IMG/VR virus record: IMGVR_UViG_3300047160_009474
Location: 1-53,362 of that record
DNA from: a virus
Strand: one strand, 5' to 3'
Length of the DNA stretch: 53,362 nt
Shown: piece by piece, positions 40,203 through 50,500 of the stretch
How positions within the stretch are numbered: the stretch's first letter is position 1
Layout: each line of letters begins with the position of its first letter
Notes under the pieces: generated by a model
Databases searched by the model: none
Seen by the model: only the letters and a program-made list of their open reading frames with translations
Told to the model about the DNA's origin: nothing
Translations under genes and position numbers: made by a program

Positions 40203-41624
40203 ATGGCTTGCGACCCAGTCCAAATTCCCATCATCACTCAAGTGCCAGGACCGCAGGGACCCTCCGGTCCACCGGGGCCGCAAGGCCAGACCGGTCCAGC
40301 GGGACCACAAGGTCCGAAAGGCGACACTGGCTCACAAGGACCGCCGGGTACTTCGATCAGTTTCCCCACCACCACCCGTGGCGACCTGATGGTGGATAAC
40401 GGGAACAACACCCCCAATCCCAGCGTGGTGCGGCTGGGAACCGGCGGTGCGCCCAATGACGGTTTGCTTCTACTAGCCGACAGCAGTCAGCCCACCGGGT
40501 TGCATTGGTTGCCCCTTAGCACGGCTGAGACTGACAAGGGCATCCCGCGATTTAATGGCGTTAATGGGCTTCCGCCGTTGGAAAGTTCCAATGTTACTAT
40601 CACTGACAACGGGGCCATTCAAACGACCGGCGGCAATGTTCGTGGAACCGACTCAGTGGACTTGCAGGCCAACCGCAGTTCAGCTGCCCAGGTCGCCAGC
40701 GGCAATCAATCGACTATCGGTGGGGGAACCAATAATACCGCTTCGGGCCAGTTTTCCACCGTCGCCGGGGGTGGCACTAATCAGGCCACGCAGGCCCAGG
40801 CCACGGTCGGCGGCGGCTTCACCAATAACGCTACCGGCGCGGAAAGCACAGTGGCGGGTGGCAACACCAATACCGCCAGCGGCTCTGCGGCCACCGTGGG
40901 CGGCGGACAGGGTAATACCGCCAATGGTCCCAGTGCCACCATCGCTGGCGGTCTTAGTAATACCGTCAGTGGGGCTCGCTCAGTCGTTGGCGGCGGTCAG
41001 AGCAATAACGCCTCGGGCGGTAACGCTACGATTGCCGGTGGAGCTAATAATACCTGTTCCGCCACAAGCGATGGCACAGTGGGGGGTGGAGCTTTCAATA
41101 CTGTCAGTGCCTCTTTTGCTACCGTGTTTGGCGGATACGGGGCCAATGCTTACCTGATGGGGCAAGTCGCCTGGGCTGGTGGAGTCTTTGCGTCATATGG
41201 GGACGCGCAGGTCAGCATTCTTCAGGCGCGTTGCCTGACCAAGGACGGGACGACGGCGACCCCCATGACCCTGGATGGCGGGGCCTCTGACTCATTCGGC
41301 ATCTTTAACATGGTCATTCCCACCGATACCGCCTGGGCTTTCGATGGACAGATTGTTTGCCGTTCCAACGAAAGTCCGCCTAAAGGGGCCATGTGGACCT
41401 TCACGGGGATCATTCAAAACAATGCCGGGACGGTCTCTATGATCGGTTCAAATGTTGCCAACGGGGTGGAAAACTTCAGTCCGAATCTGGCCAACCCCGT
41501 CGTGACGGCGGATAACACCAATAAGGCTCTGAAGATTACGGTGGTGGGTCAGGGCTCGACCAATATCCGGTGGCTGGCTCGCACCATTTTAACAGAAGTG
41601 TTTGGGGCTGCGGGATTCTCTTAA
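40203..41624 (+). CDS. Tail fibre with a collagen-like G-X-Y tract and ~10 tandem 14-aa GGxNxAxG repeats (473 aa)
   Basis: [35 protein letters not shown] (about 40245-40349). Repeats such as [17 protein letters not shown] span about 40719-41140. The track start at 40173 is a TTG extension. Confidence 0.7.
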   Translation: MACDPVQIPIITQVPGPQGPSGPPGPQGQTGPAGPQGPKGDTGSQGPPGTSISFPTTTRGDLMVDNGNNTPNPSVVRLGTGGAPNDGLLLLADSSQPTGLHWLPLSTAETDKGIPRFNGVNGLPPLESSNVTITDNGAIQTTGGNVRGTDSVDLQANRSSAAQVASGNQSTIGGGTNNTASGQFSTVAGGGTNQATQAQATVGGGFTNNATGAESTVAGGNTNTASGSAATVGGGQGNTANGPSATIAGGLSNTVSGARSVVGGGQSNNASGGNATIAGGANNTCSATSDGTVGGGAFNTVSASFATVFGGYGANAYLMGQVAWAGGVFASYGDAQVSILQARCLTKDGTTATPMTLDGGASDSFGIFNMVIPTDTAWAFDGQIVCRSNESPPKGAMWTFTGIIQNNAGTVSMIGSNVANGVENFSPNLANPVVTADNTNKALKITVVGQGSTNIRWLARTILTEVFGAAGFS

Positions 41625-41628
41625 ACCC

Positions 41629-43932
41629 ATGTCGGATAAAGCAAGAGTCCTGGACGGGTTTACCAATCTTTCCACCGGGATGGATGCTGGAAAAAGTAAG
41701 TCCCTCATCCTGGCCAGTTCCGTCGCCAACGCTTGCAATGTTTCCTTTCGCGGCAGTTACGTCCACACCCGTCCGCCCTGGACCAATATTCCGATCACTG
41801 TTCCCGCCAGCCTCACTTCCCGATGGACTGGAATTTATCAGGGTGCGGAATTTTACGATGGGCAGGGCGTGGCCAGTGGCTGGATTATTTCGCGGGGCGG
41901 TCTGATTTTCTTTCTCGATTCCTCCAACTTCACGCTCAAGGAAATCACCGTTCAAACCCCCGTCACCGTCACCGTTGATTTCACGGTCCCGGCCCTAAAC
42001 GCCACGCTCAACATTGAGGTGACCACTCAATCGGTCTTTTCGGTCGGCCAAACCATCGTCATTGATGGCGGTCAATACCAGGTCCAGAACCTCTTCACCA
42101 ATGAGATTCTGGCGGAATATCTGGGCGGGTCGACAACCGGGGCCACCGTCAAGTCGGGCGATGCCATCACCGACACCTCGGGCAACCAGCTGATTTTTTA
42201 CGATGCCAACCAGAGCACCGATGATTTTGTTTACATCTTCCAGGCCGAACAATACGGCATCATTTTGGCAGGCCAGGAATCCCCGCTCATCTGGGATGGC
42301 AACAGTCTTCGCCGCGCCGGGGTCAATGAAATCCCTCCCGGCATTCTCGGTGCCTATGGCTGGGGACGGATCTGGATCACCCTGCCCGACCAGCGTTCCT
42401 TTGTCGCCGGAAACCTGGTGGGCGACCAATCAAGCGGCACTGCCCAGGCCGGGTTCCGCGATGCCATTCTCAAGTTCACCGACAATAATTTCTTAAACGG
42501 TGGCGGCACCTTCACCATTCCGGTCAATGCCGGGAAGATCACCACCATGCAGTTTTTGGCCACCCAGGACACTAGCCTGGGGGTTGGGGTTCTTCTGGTC
42601 GGCACCACCAACGCCGTCTTTTCGGTCAACGCGCCGGTGGACCGCACCACCTGGCAGAATCTCTCCTACCCCATCCAAACCGTCTCGCTCATCGATTACG
42701 GGCCGGAAGGTCCACGCAACTCGGTCTCGGTCAACGGGGACATGTGGTACCGGTCGGTGGACGGCATTCGCGCCTTCATGGTCGTGCGCCGTTATTTCGG
42801 CGACCCCGGCAATGTGCCCATGAGCCATGAGATGGACCCGGTGCTCTCCGATGACACCGACGACCTGCTTTTCTATGGCAGTGGAATTTATTTCGACAAC
42901 AAGCTCTTGGAAACTTTCTCCCCCTTGCGGACCCCTAACGGGGTCCAGCACCGGGGAATGGTGAGCATCAACTATGACCTCATCTCGGACCTGCGCCAGA
43001 AACTCCCACCCGCCTGGGAAGGGGTGCATACCGGCGTTCAAATTCTGCAACTGACCAAAGGCCGGATTAACGATGTCGAGCGGGGCTTCATGTTCGTGGC
43101 GGGACCCAGCAACCTGGAACTTTGGGAGATTCAAAGACAGGGACTGCATGACAGCATTACCCCGATTAAGACCTACATTGCCTCCTGGATGATAACCCGT
43201 TCGTTTTCTTTCTCTTCCACGTTCCAACTCAAGAAGCTTTACATGCTGGAACTCTACCTGGACGACATCGCGGACGAGGTCCGCATGACGGTGAAGTTTC
43301 AGCCCGACCAGTATCCCGACTGGGTTCTCTGGGGGACCTTGCAGTTCTGCGCCTCGGTAACGCAATGCCAGTTATCCGCCACCGTCAACGGGGTTTGCCA
43401 GGTGTTCAAGACCAATGCCAGGCAATACGCCGCCCGGGTGCTTCTGCCCCAACCGCCGGAAGCCTTGTGCAATTCCATCCCCGGCATGCCCCCGCTCAAC
43501 CTGGGTTACGAATTCGCTTTAAAGATCGAATGGCAGGGTCATGTGCAGGTGCGCCATTGTCAGCTTCACGCCAAGGTGGTCGACCAGCCCATGGAAGGTT
43601 ACTGCCAGGCTGCTGCGGCCTGCGCGGCTTTCCCCATCTGTGGCCTTAATTACTTCACTTACAGTTCCTACACGGGTGACTTTGCCGACAACCTCGTTCC
43701 ACCGGGGCAATTCTATCCAGACTTTCCAAGTCCCTACGGATGTGTCTACCAGCTATCCGGCCTGTTGGTCGGCCAGAATTATATCTATCTCCACGGAAGT
43801 CCCAACGATGTCCAGTTGCGTGATGGAATCAATACCTATGTCAGCGGGGAGACTTTTGCCGCTCAGAACACCCAGGTCCTGCTCAGTGGCACTTGTGGCG
43901 CACCCGTCACCGCCATCGTTCAAGCAGTCTAA
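41629..43932 (+). CDS. Large tail structural protein (767 aa; nozzle or tubular-B-like position)
   Basis: ATG at 41629, 5 nt after the fibre stop. Its size and its position in the tail/internal-protein operon support the call. No motif was recognised. Confidence 0.5.
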   Translation: MSDKARVLDGFTNLSTGMDAGKSKSLILASSVANACNVSFRGSYVHTRPPWTNIPITVPASLTSRWTGIYQGAEFYDGQGVASGWIISRGGLIFFLDSSNFTLKEITVQTPVTVTVDFTVPALNATLNIEVTTQSVFSVGQTIVIDGGQYQVQNLFTNEILAEYLGGSTTGATVKSGDAITDTSGNQLIFYDANQSTDDFVYIFQAEQYGIILAGQESPLIWDGNSLRRAGVNEIPPGILGAYGWGRIWITLPDQRSFVAGNLVGDQSSGTAQAGFRDAILKFTDNNFLNGGGTFTIPVNAGKITTMQFLATQDTSLGVGVLLVGTTNAVFSVNAPVDRTTWQNLSYPIQTVSLIDYGPEGPRNSVSVNGDMWYRSVDGIRAFMVVRRYFGDPGNVPMSHEMDPVLSDDTDDLLFYGSGIYFDNKLLETFSPLRTPNGVQHRGMVSINYDLISDLRQKLPPAWEGVHTGVQILQLTKGRINDVERGFMFVAGPSNLELWEIQRQGLHDSITPIKTYIASWMITRSFSFSSTFQLKKLYMLELYLDDIADEVRMTVKFQPDQYPDWVLWGTLQFCASVTQCQLSATVNGVCQVFKTNARQYAARVLLPQPPEALCNSIPGMPPLNLGYEFALKIEWQGHVQVRHCQLHAKVVDQPMEGYCQAAAACAAFPICGLNYFTYSSYTGDFADNLVPPGQFYPDFPSPYGCVYQLSGLLVGQNYIYLHGSPNDVQLRDGINTYVSGETFAAQNTQVLLSGTCGAPVTAIVQAV

Positions 43933-43935
43933 TTT

Positions 43936-44712
43936 ATGGCTAACCAACTCTTACTCCCCATCCAAGCTGGTCAGCTTCCCTTGGGTTTCTGCCCCTCCAC
44001 TTATCAGGACATGCTCAATGGTTTTTCCGCCGTCCAGAATGCGGTCTTAAATCCCTCCGGTGGCAGTGCCCCGATTGCCAGTGGTTTTGTCGTTAGTCCC
44101 ACCCCGCCCAGCGATCACACGGTCGCCTGGTTGCAACTGGATTCATTGGGACGACCCACCCGGCTTTACTTTTTCGCGCAGGGGGCCTGGCTCTCGCTGC
44201 ACCCCACCAACTCTGGCTTAACCATGTGGTGGTTTAACGCCCTGCCGGATTTCACCACCTTCGATGGCGGGGATGGCACTTCGCCTACGCCTACGCCCCT
44301 TTCGGGTCCCATGTGGCAGCAGGCCCTGGATGCCAATAACAAAATGATCGTCGCCCAGTTTCCAGTCGCGGCAGGGGCGATGCCCAGCCCCAGCACCACG
44401 GTCCTGTCGGTGCCGGGCTCCGGCGGCTACGAAAAGGTCCAGCTCGTTGCCGCTGAAATTGCGCCTCACATCCATGTGCTCGACAACGTGGGAATAAACG
44501 CTCAGGCCAGTGGCAATACCGTCAATCACACCACCAATGGCCTTTTGGCCGGTGACCGCAATAACGCCACCTCGGTCCCGGGCGTGGATATCTTGACCAA
44601 GAATAATGTCGGCGACGGTTCCAGCGTTACCGCCCAGGGACACAACAATATGCCCCCGTATGTGGTGGGCTATCTCTTGCAGCGGACCATACGCCTCTAC
44701 TATCGAGTCTAA
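43936..44712 (+). CDS. Tail-collar-domain fibre protein (258 aa)
   Basis: EIAPHIH...GHNNMPPYVVGYLL matches the phage tail-collar / MdpB-type signature (H-x-H ... H-N-N-x-P-P-Y). Confidence 0.6.
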   Translation: MANQLLLPIQAGQLPLGFCPSTYQDMLNGFSAVQNAVLNPSGGSAPIASGFVVSPTPPSDHTVAWLQLDSLGRPTRLYFFAQGAWLSLHPTNSGLTMWWFNALPDFTTFDGGDGTSPTPTPLSGPMWQQALDANNKMIVAQFPVAAGAMPSPSTTVLSVPGSGGYEKVQLVAAEIAPHIHVLDNVGINAQASGNTVNHTTNGLLAGDRNNATSVPGVDILTKNNVGDGSSVTAQGHNNMPPYVVGYLLQRTIRLYYRV

Positions 44713-45761
44713 TGAGAGTCACCCTTCAAGACGCAATTGACTTTGGTATCCCCACGGTAATCGGGGCCTGTGGTCTGGACCCTCGTTTCCTGCGCGTTCT
44801 AAACGAAGGAATACAACGGCTGCTGTTCAAAGGCAAATGGTGGGGCACCGTGCAGCGTTTCCGTTTCTGTGTCACCGATGGCGAAGTCACCCTGCCCAAG
44901 CAGATTGCCACGATTGAAGCCGCTGCGGTCTGCGGTTATCCCGTCCAGGTTCGTGACATGTGGTACGAGTTCCTGGAGAATGGGTTTGGCATCCGGCAGG
45001 CCCAGTTCGACCAACCCTCCACTTCCAACGGGAGTAATTTTAACCGGGTGTGGGGCACCAACGAATGCCTTTACCGGGGACGTTACCCGACCTTCTCCAA
45101 CGTCATGGGCACCGATAAAAGGCTGAACCTCTTCTGTGACCGTTCCAGTGACATCGGCAAACCCGTCCTGCTTTTGGGTTGGGACCAGAACAATAACTGG
45201 ATCCGCACCCTGCAGAGCGGCACCATGGCGGATGGGGAAGTAGTGCAGCTGCTGCAAGCTCCCGGAAGCCAGACCATCAATCTCTTTTCTTCCGTCACCG
45301 ACATTCAACCGCCCAATAATCTCGATGGGCAATGGTGGCTCTATGAATTCTCCACAACCGCACTCACGAACCGGCTCATCGGTCACTACCAGTATGATGA
45401 TACTCGTCCTTCCTTTGCCCGCTACCTCCTGCCCGGAATCAATCAGCAGCAGCCGACTCCCTCAACCTGCAACTACACCCCCATTGAACTGGCTGGTAAG
45501 TTGGACTTCATCCCCGCCAAAAAACCTACCGATTACCTCATCATCGGTAATCTCCCCGCCTTAAAAGAGATCTGCATGGGGATTAACAACTCTGAAAACG
45601 AACCGGATGGGCGGGTCAAAGTGTCGATCATCAATAGCGCAATGCAATCGGCGGCAGTGCTCTTGGACCAGGAACTGGACCATTACCTGGGCTCTGGCCG
45701 CAAGCAGGGCATGAACGTCCAGTTTTACAGCGACGATTATCCAATCGAAAACTTCATCTGA
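44712..45761 (+). CDS. Tail/virion structural protein (349 aa)
   Basis: TAATG-coupled, within the tail operon. Confidence 0.5.
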   Translation: MRVTLQDAIDFGIPTVIGACGLDPRFLRVLNEGIQRLLFKGKWWGTVQRFRFCVTDGEVTLPKQIATIEAAAVCGYPVQVRDMWYEFLENGFGIRQAQFDQPSTSNGSNFNRVWGTNECLYRGRYPTFSNVMGTDKRLNLFCDRSSDIGKPVLLLGWDQNNNWIRTLQSGTMADGEVVQLLQAPGSQTINLFSSVTDIQPPNNLDGQWWLYEFSTTALTNRLIGHYQYDDTRPSFARYLLPGINQQQPTPSTCNYTPIELAGKLDFIPAKKPTDYLIIGNLPALKEICMGINNSENEPDGRVKVSIINSAMQSAAVLLDQELDHYLGSGRKQGMNVQFYSDDYPIENFI

Positions 45762-45764
45762 TTT

Positions 45765-46487
45765 ATGGCGATTCCCTGGCTATCTGGCGTCTTTGGTTCC
45801 AAACCGACCGTCCCTAATCTTCCGCACCTGAACCTCTCGACCGAGCAGGGCAAGGCCATTGCCTCCAACCAGGCCAACCTCCCGGCGGCTGAACAGCTGA
45901 CCAGTGCGGCCAACGCTTTCTCCCAGCAACAGATTCAGGCGATGCTGGCCCAGGCCATCCCCGGATACCAGAATCTGGTTCAAGGCGTGACCGGCGACAT
46001 CTCTTCCATGGTCTCCGGTCAGTTGCCTGCGGATGTGCGGGCGCAGATCCAGCAGAGCACCGCAGCCTCGGCAGTGGCCGGTGGTTATGGGGGCAGCGGC
46101 ATGGCGGGCAACTTGACGGCGCGGGACCTGGGGCTCACCAGCCTGAACCTCACCCAGCAGGGCATCAGCTCCGCGCAGAGTTGGATGCAGCAGATGAACA
46201 ACATGTTTGGCCCCAGTATGCTCAACGTGTCCTCGATGTTCGTCTCCCCGCAGCAGCAAGCCGCCTTCGATGTCGAGGAACGCAACGCCCAATTCCAGCG
46301 GCAATGGATGGAGAGCCAAATCTCTGCCATGCCTGATCCCATGCTGCGCGGGCTGCATGACACCATCATGCAACTAGCGACTGCCTACCTGAGCAAAGGT
46401 GGCGGCAGCAGTTACAAGTCGATGGATACCACTGCGGCCTACGGCGAGGCTGGCGCAGATTTCAGTGGCGGCGGCTTTGCCTACTAG
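45765..46487 (+). CDS. Probable internal virion (ejection) protein (240 aa)
   Basis: Q/A/S/G-rich with a Gly-rich C-terminus. It is the first of three consecutive genes of increasing size ending in the giant ORF, a T7 gp14-16-like arrangement. Confidence 0.45.
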   Translation: MAIPWLSGVFGSKPTVPNLPHLNLSTEQGKAIASNQANLPAAEQLTSAANAFSQQQIQAMLAQAIPGYQNLVQGVTGDISSMVSGQLPADVRAQIQQSTAASAVAGGYGGSGMAGNLTARDLGLTSLNLTQQGISSAQSWMQQMNNMFGPSMLNVSSMFVSPQQQAAFDVEERNAQFQRQWMESQISAMPDPMLRGLHDTIMQLATAYLSKGGGSSYKSMDTTAAYGEAGADFSGGGFAY

Positions 46488-46491
46488 TTTT

Positions 46492-47565
46492 ATGGCGAAC
46501 ATCTTTGCAGGAACCGAACCACCGGCCTGGCTGGAAGCCATCGCTAAACCCATTGACACGAAGCTCACCGGCCAGGTCTTTGGGGCTATTCTGGGCGGTC
46601 TCAGCAATGCCCACCAGGAAGCCAAAGAGAAAAACCAGAACCTGCCGCCTGATAAACAGACCAGCTTCTGGGAACAACTCCCCGACAGTTTCCACAATGC
46701 GGCCATGCGGATCCGGGACCCGATGTATGACATCCACATGAAGCAGTCCCAGCTCCAACTGGGGCAGCAGTCCCTCAACATGCAGGCCACTCAGCAGAAG
46801 ATGAACTTTGCCGCGCAGGATATGGTGATGAGGGCGCATGACCAACAAGCCCTGGCTGATTGGCTCACGAAGTATCCCACGCTCAAAAGTCGCCAGGACG
46901 CAGAGGCACCGATACTGGAGAGCGATGAGGGCTGGCAGCACTACGAGGCTATTCGCAAGGGGGATTCGGCACAGGAAAACCAGAAAGAAAATGACCGCAT
47001 GGGCCAAAGGTTCAATGAGATGCTCAGGCTGGCCGATGACCCAACCAGAGCAAAAATCAACGGGATGATGGCGCAGAGCGGAGGCAAGATCACCTTTGAG
47101 ATGTACGAGGAGTTAGCCAAAGGGGAAGCAGCCCAGATACCCAAGGGAGAGGGTCCTGAGGGCAAATGGATCCACGATGAGCAGACCATCAGCCGGATCT
47201 ATGGCGGGCGAGAGAGTCAGGTGTATAAAGATTTCATCGCGAAATCAGACAAGAACTTGCAAGGAACGATTTGGACCGATGAGAAGACCGGTGAGCGGCT
47301 CTTCCTGTATGGCAAGACTGTTCGCAAGCTCGCTGACTACAGTGCGGCAGATCAGGACCGAATCAATGTGGCGATGGCTAATGTGAAGGGCGCACTGGAC
47401 CCGACCACAAAGGCCAAAGCACAGGAGGACTTTGATAACCTCATGAAGTCATTGGACTCAGGCAAAGCCGCACCGTCCGGGAAACCGCAACCCAAAGTCA
47501 TTAGGATTGAACGAGCCCAACCAGCCGCACCGACCAATGCGATCCCGCCGATCACCCAGCAATAA
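46492..47565 (+). CDS. Probable internal virion (ejection) protein (357 aa)
   Basis: ATG at 46492; the track start at 46399 overlaps the previous gene. The giant-ORF ATG begins on the base immediately after its stop (TAAATG). Confidence 0.45.
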   Translation: MANIFAGTEPPAWLEAIAKPIDTKLTGQVFGAILGGLSNAHQEAKEKNQNLPPDKQTSFWEQLPDSFHNAAMRIRDPMYDIHMKQSQLQLGQQSLNMQATQQKMNFAAQDMVMRAHDQQALADWLTKYPTLKSRQDAEAPILESDEGWQHYEAIRKGDSAQENQKENDRMGQRFNEMLRLADDPTRAKINGMMAQSGGKITFEMYEELAKGEAAQIPKGEGPEGKWIHDEQTISRIYGGRESQVYKDFIAKSDKNLQGTIWTDEKTGERLFLYGKTVRKLADYSAADQDRINVAMANVKGALDPTTKAKAQEDFDNLMKSLDSGKAAPSGKPQPKVIRIERAQPAAPTNAIPPITQQ

Positions 47566-50500
47566 ATGAGCGAGTGGAAAGCAACATTAGACGATGGGCG
47601 CACCATTGTCCTGGAGGGTGATGAAAAGCCCACTGAGTCGCAGGTTCTCTCCGCGCTGAACGAATACAACGCTGGCCGCAAAGCCGAGCTCGCGGAGAAA
47701 CGCGCAGCCATTCAAGCTGAAGGAGAACGCTCCTACGTTTTCGGTGGTGACGAGGAAGGCAAGCCCACAGCCAAAACCCTGCCCCGCCGCTCAGGCCGGT
47801 TGCTCGATACGGGCGAGGAGGCCCCACCGGCACCGGTCGAAAAGATTGTCTCAGCCGCAGTCACTGAGGGTGGCGACATCCACACCGGTGCCAACCATCC
47901 AGAAATCCTGAACCGGTTGGGCATCAAAGGCTACGAGGACAGGGAGTCGCGCAACACCAACAAGTTTGGATTCACCACCAACACCGGGCGATTCGTTTCC
48001 CGGGAGGAAGCGGGCCGCATTGCCACTAACGCCGGTCAGAATCTCGACACCTTCGGGCCGGGTGAGTTAGTCCACAGCGACCAGATTGCCTCACCCAAAG
48101 ACCCGGACAAAGCACTGGGTGATGTGCCGCAGGAACCCGGGATTCGGCAAGCCAGTATGTATGAGCGGGCGCGGATGTCGCCATTGGCCCAGGCAGTCTT
48201 TGGAGAAACCGAAGCGGGCAAGCAGTTGCAGAAAGAATACGGCGGAGGCGGCACTCCTTCCCCCAGTGAAGTGCTGGGTGCTTCCAGCATGATCGCAGGG
48301 GTTGGTCCCGGTGGGTTGCTTGGCAAGGGGCTCATGATTTATTTCGCCGGGAATTATCTCTGGCATTCACCCGGGCAGATGAAAGCCGCTCTCAAAGCCT
48401 ACAACGCAGGCGACTACCAGACCGCCAGAAACATCATCATTGAGCAAGCACTGGGCGGTGGTCTCACAGCGGTTGGGCTCCATGGCGCATTTCAAAAGGG
48501 AGCACCCGACCTGGGTCCAGCTAAAGAAGTTCCACTGGAATATCAGGGCACCTTTAAAGAGCGCAAGCCAGGTGAAGCCCCCGAGGCTCCCATCGACGTT
48601 CAGGCCGAGGTAGTCAAACCCAAACAGTTGTCCTTCGTGGACCCTCGCACTGGTGTGGTCTATGACTCCAGTGGCAAGGTCAGTTCCATCTCCAGCCCGG
48701 GGGGACTCACCCTGGCTGCGACCGGCGATGAGATTGCCAGGAACGGTGCCCCTGCGACTGCAGCGGCACTCAATGAACAAGTAGCGAAAGGAGAAGCACA
48801 TGCCATTCAAGAGCGAAGCGCAGCGGCGGTACCTGTGGAAGCACCACCCGCAGCTGGCCCGGAAGTGGGCGCACGAACACCCGGGACAAAAGAACCTGCC
48901 GTACCACAAACGGAAAAAGAAACGGTAACCGAGCCCACACGGGAACAACTGCAACAGGCAGCCCGCGAGAGTGCCGCTGAGTATGAGGAGGAGCATGCCG
49001 AGGACATAGCGGACGAGGAGGAGGAAACACCCGCACCGGCGGCAGAGCCGACTACAGTTTTCCTCTCTGGCACCGAGCGCAACAAGGCAGACCGACAATC
49101 GCGGATGGAGCAGGGTTTGCCGATGGGCGTGACTGCCACTGGACCGGGTAGCAAGGGTGGAGAACGGACACTTTCACCAGCCGTGCGACAGGATGTAGTC
49201 AAACATTTGAATGCGGGTGGCGAGGTGTTCATGGATTCCGGTGCTTATGCCGCAACCAAACCAGACGAACCAGAGAAGCAGCGTGAAGTGAACTGGGGGA
49301 CTGTGCTGCATGCCTATAATGAAATCGCGGATCAGGCTAGCCGCCCGGTCCATTCAACTCTTTACGTGGTTGCGCCAGACAAGCTGCGCGATCCAACCAC
49401 CACACAAGAACTGTGGAATAAGTACCACACGCAACTTGGGGACTTGATCGGCAAGGGAGTGAACGTAATTGCGCCCGTTCAGAAAGCACCAGGGAAAACC
49501 TTAGCGGAGTCCATGAAGGAAGTGCCCACCTCGTTTCGAGGCCAGCAATACCGGGATAAAATTCCAGGCGATGTGATTGTCGGCATCCCGATGAAGCAGT
49601 GGACGATGCAAGACCTGACCGACATGCTGGCTGCGAGCAAGGGCAAAACGCTCAGTGTGCATTTGCTGGGTGGCGGGGAGGAAATGGTTAACTGGTTCAA
49701 GGATATCGCCAAAGAGCAGGGTGTAAACCTGCGCCATGTGTCCGGTGATGCTTCGGTCACCAAAGATATTCGCGAGCGCAAATTCGGTCCACCAGAGAAG
49801 GCCGCAGAACCACCTCCAGCCGAGGCACCCGAAAGGCCAAACCTGTCGAAGTGGGGGGTCCCTCAGGCGCAATGGGATGAGATGGCGAAATATAATGACT
49901 TCGACCAGATGAAAATCTGGGGCACCACCCGCGCCAAAATTATTGAGAAAGTTTCACTGGAGCAATTCGGGAAAAAGAAAGAGGAGGAAGCAGTAGCCAA
50001 ACCGGCCAAGGCGTTGCCGACCCAGATGAAGGCGAGCGATGCCCCACCACCCAAACCGGGCGAGCCAGACCTGGTGATGATCGGTTGCGGTGTCGACAAG
50101 GTTAAGACCAAGACACCGGTGCCGATCGCGGACCTGTACACCGGCAGGCTCACTAAAGCCCGGGTGAATTGGGCCAAAGGCCAGGACCGTCCATGGATGA
50201 TCCTTTCGGCAATGCATGCAGCCATTGAACCGGGCCAACCGGTAATGCCATACAATGTAAGCATTGACCAGTTGACCCCTGAAGAACTGCCGGGTTGGCG
50301 GCAACGGGTTAGGCAGAAAATCCTTGATTACTTCGGCGGCAGTCGCGAGGGCACCATTGGCAAGACCATCGAGATCCATGCTGGAAAGAAGTACGTAGCG
50401 GAGTTCAATAAAGCGGTGGAGGGACTGGGGGTCACGGTCAAACCTGCGTTCACTGGCGGCGAAGGTTCCGCCAAACAGGAGGTCGCCTACAAAAAGGGAT

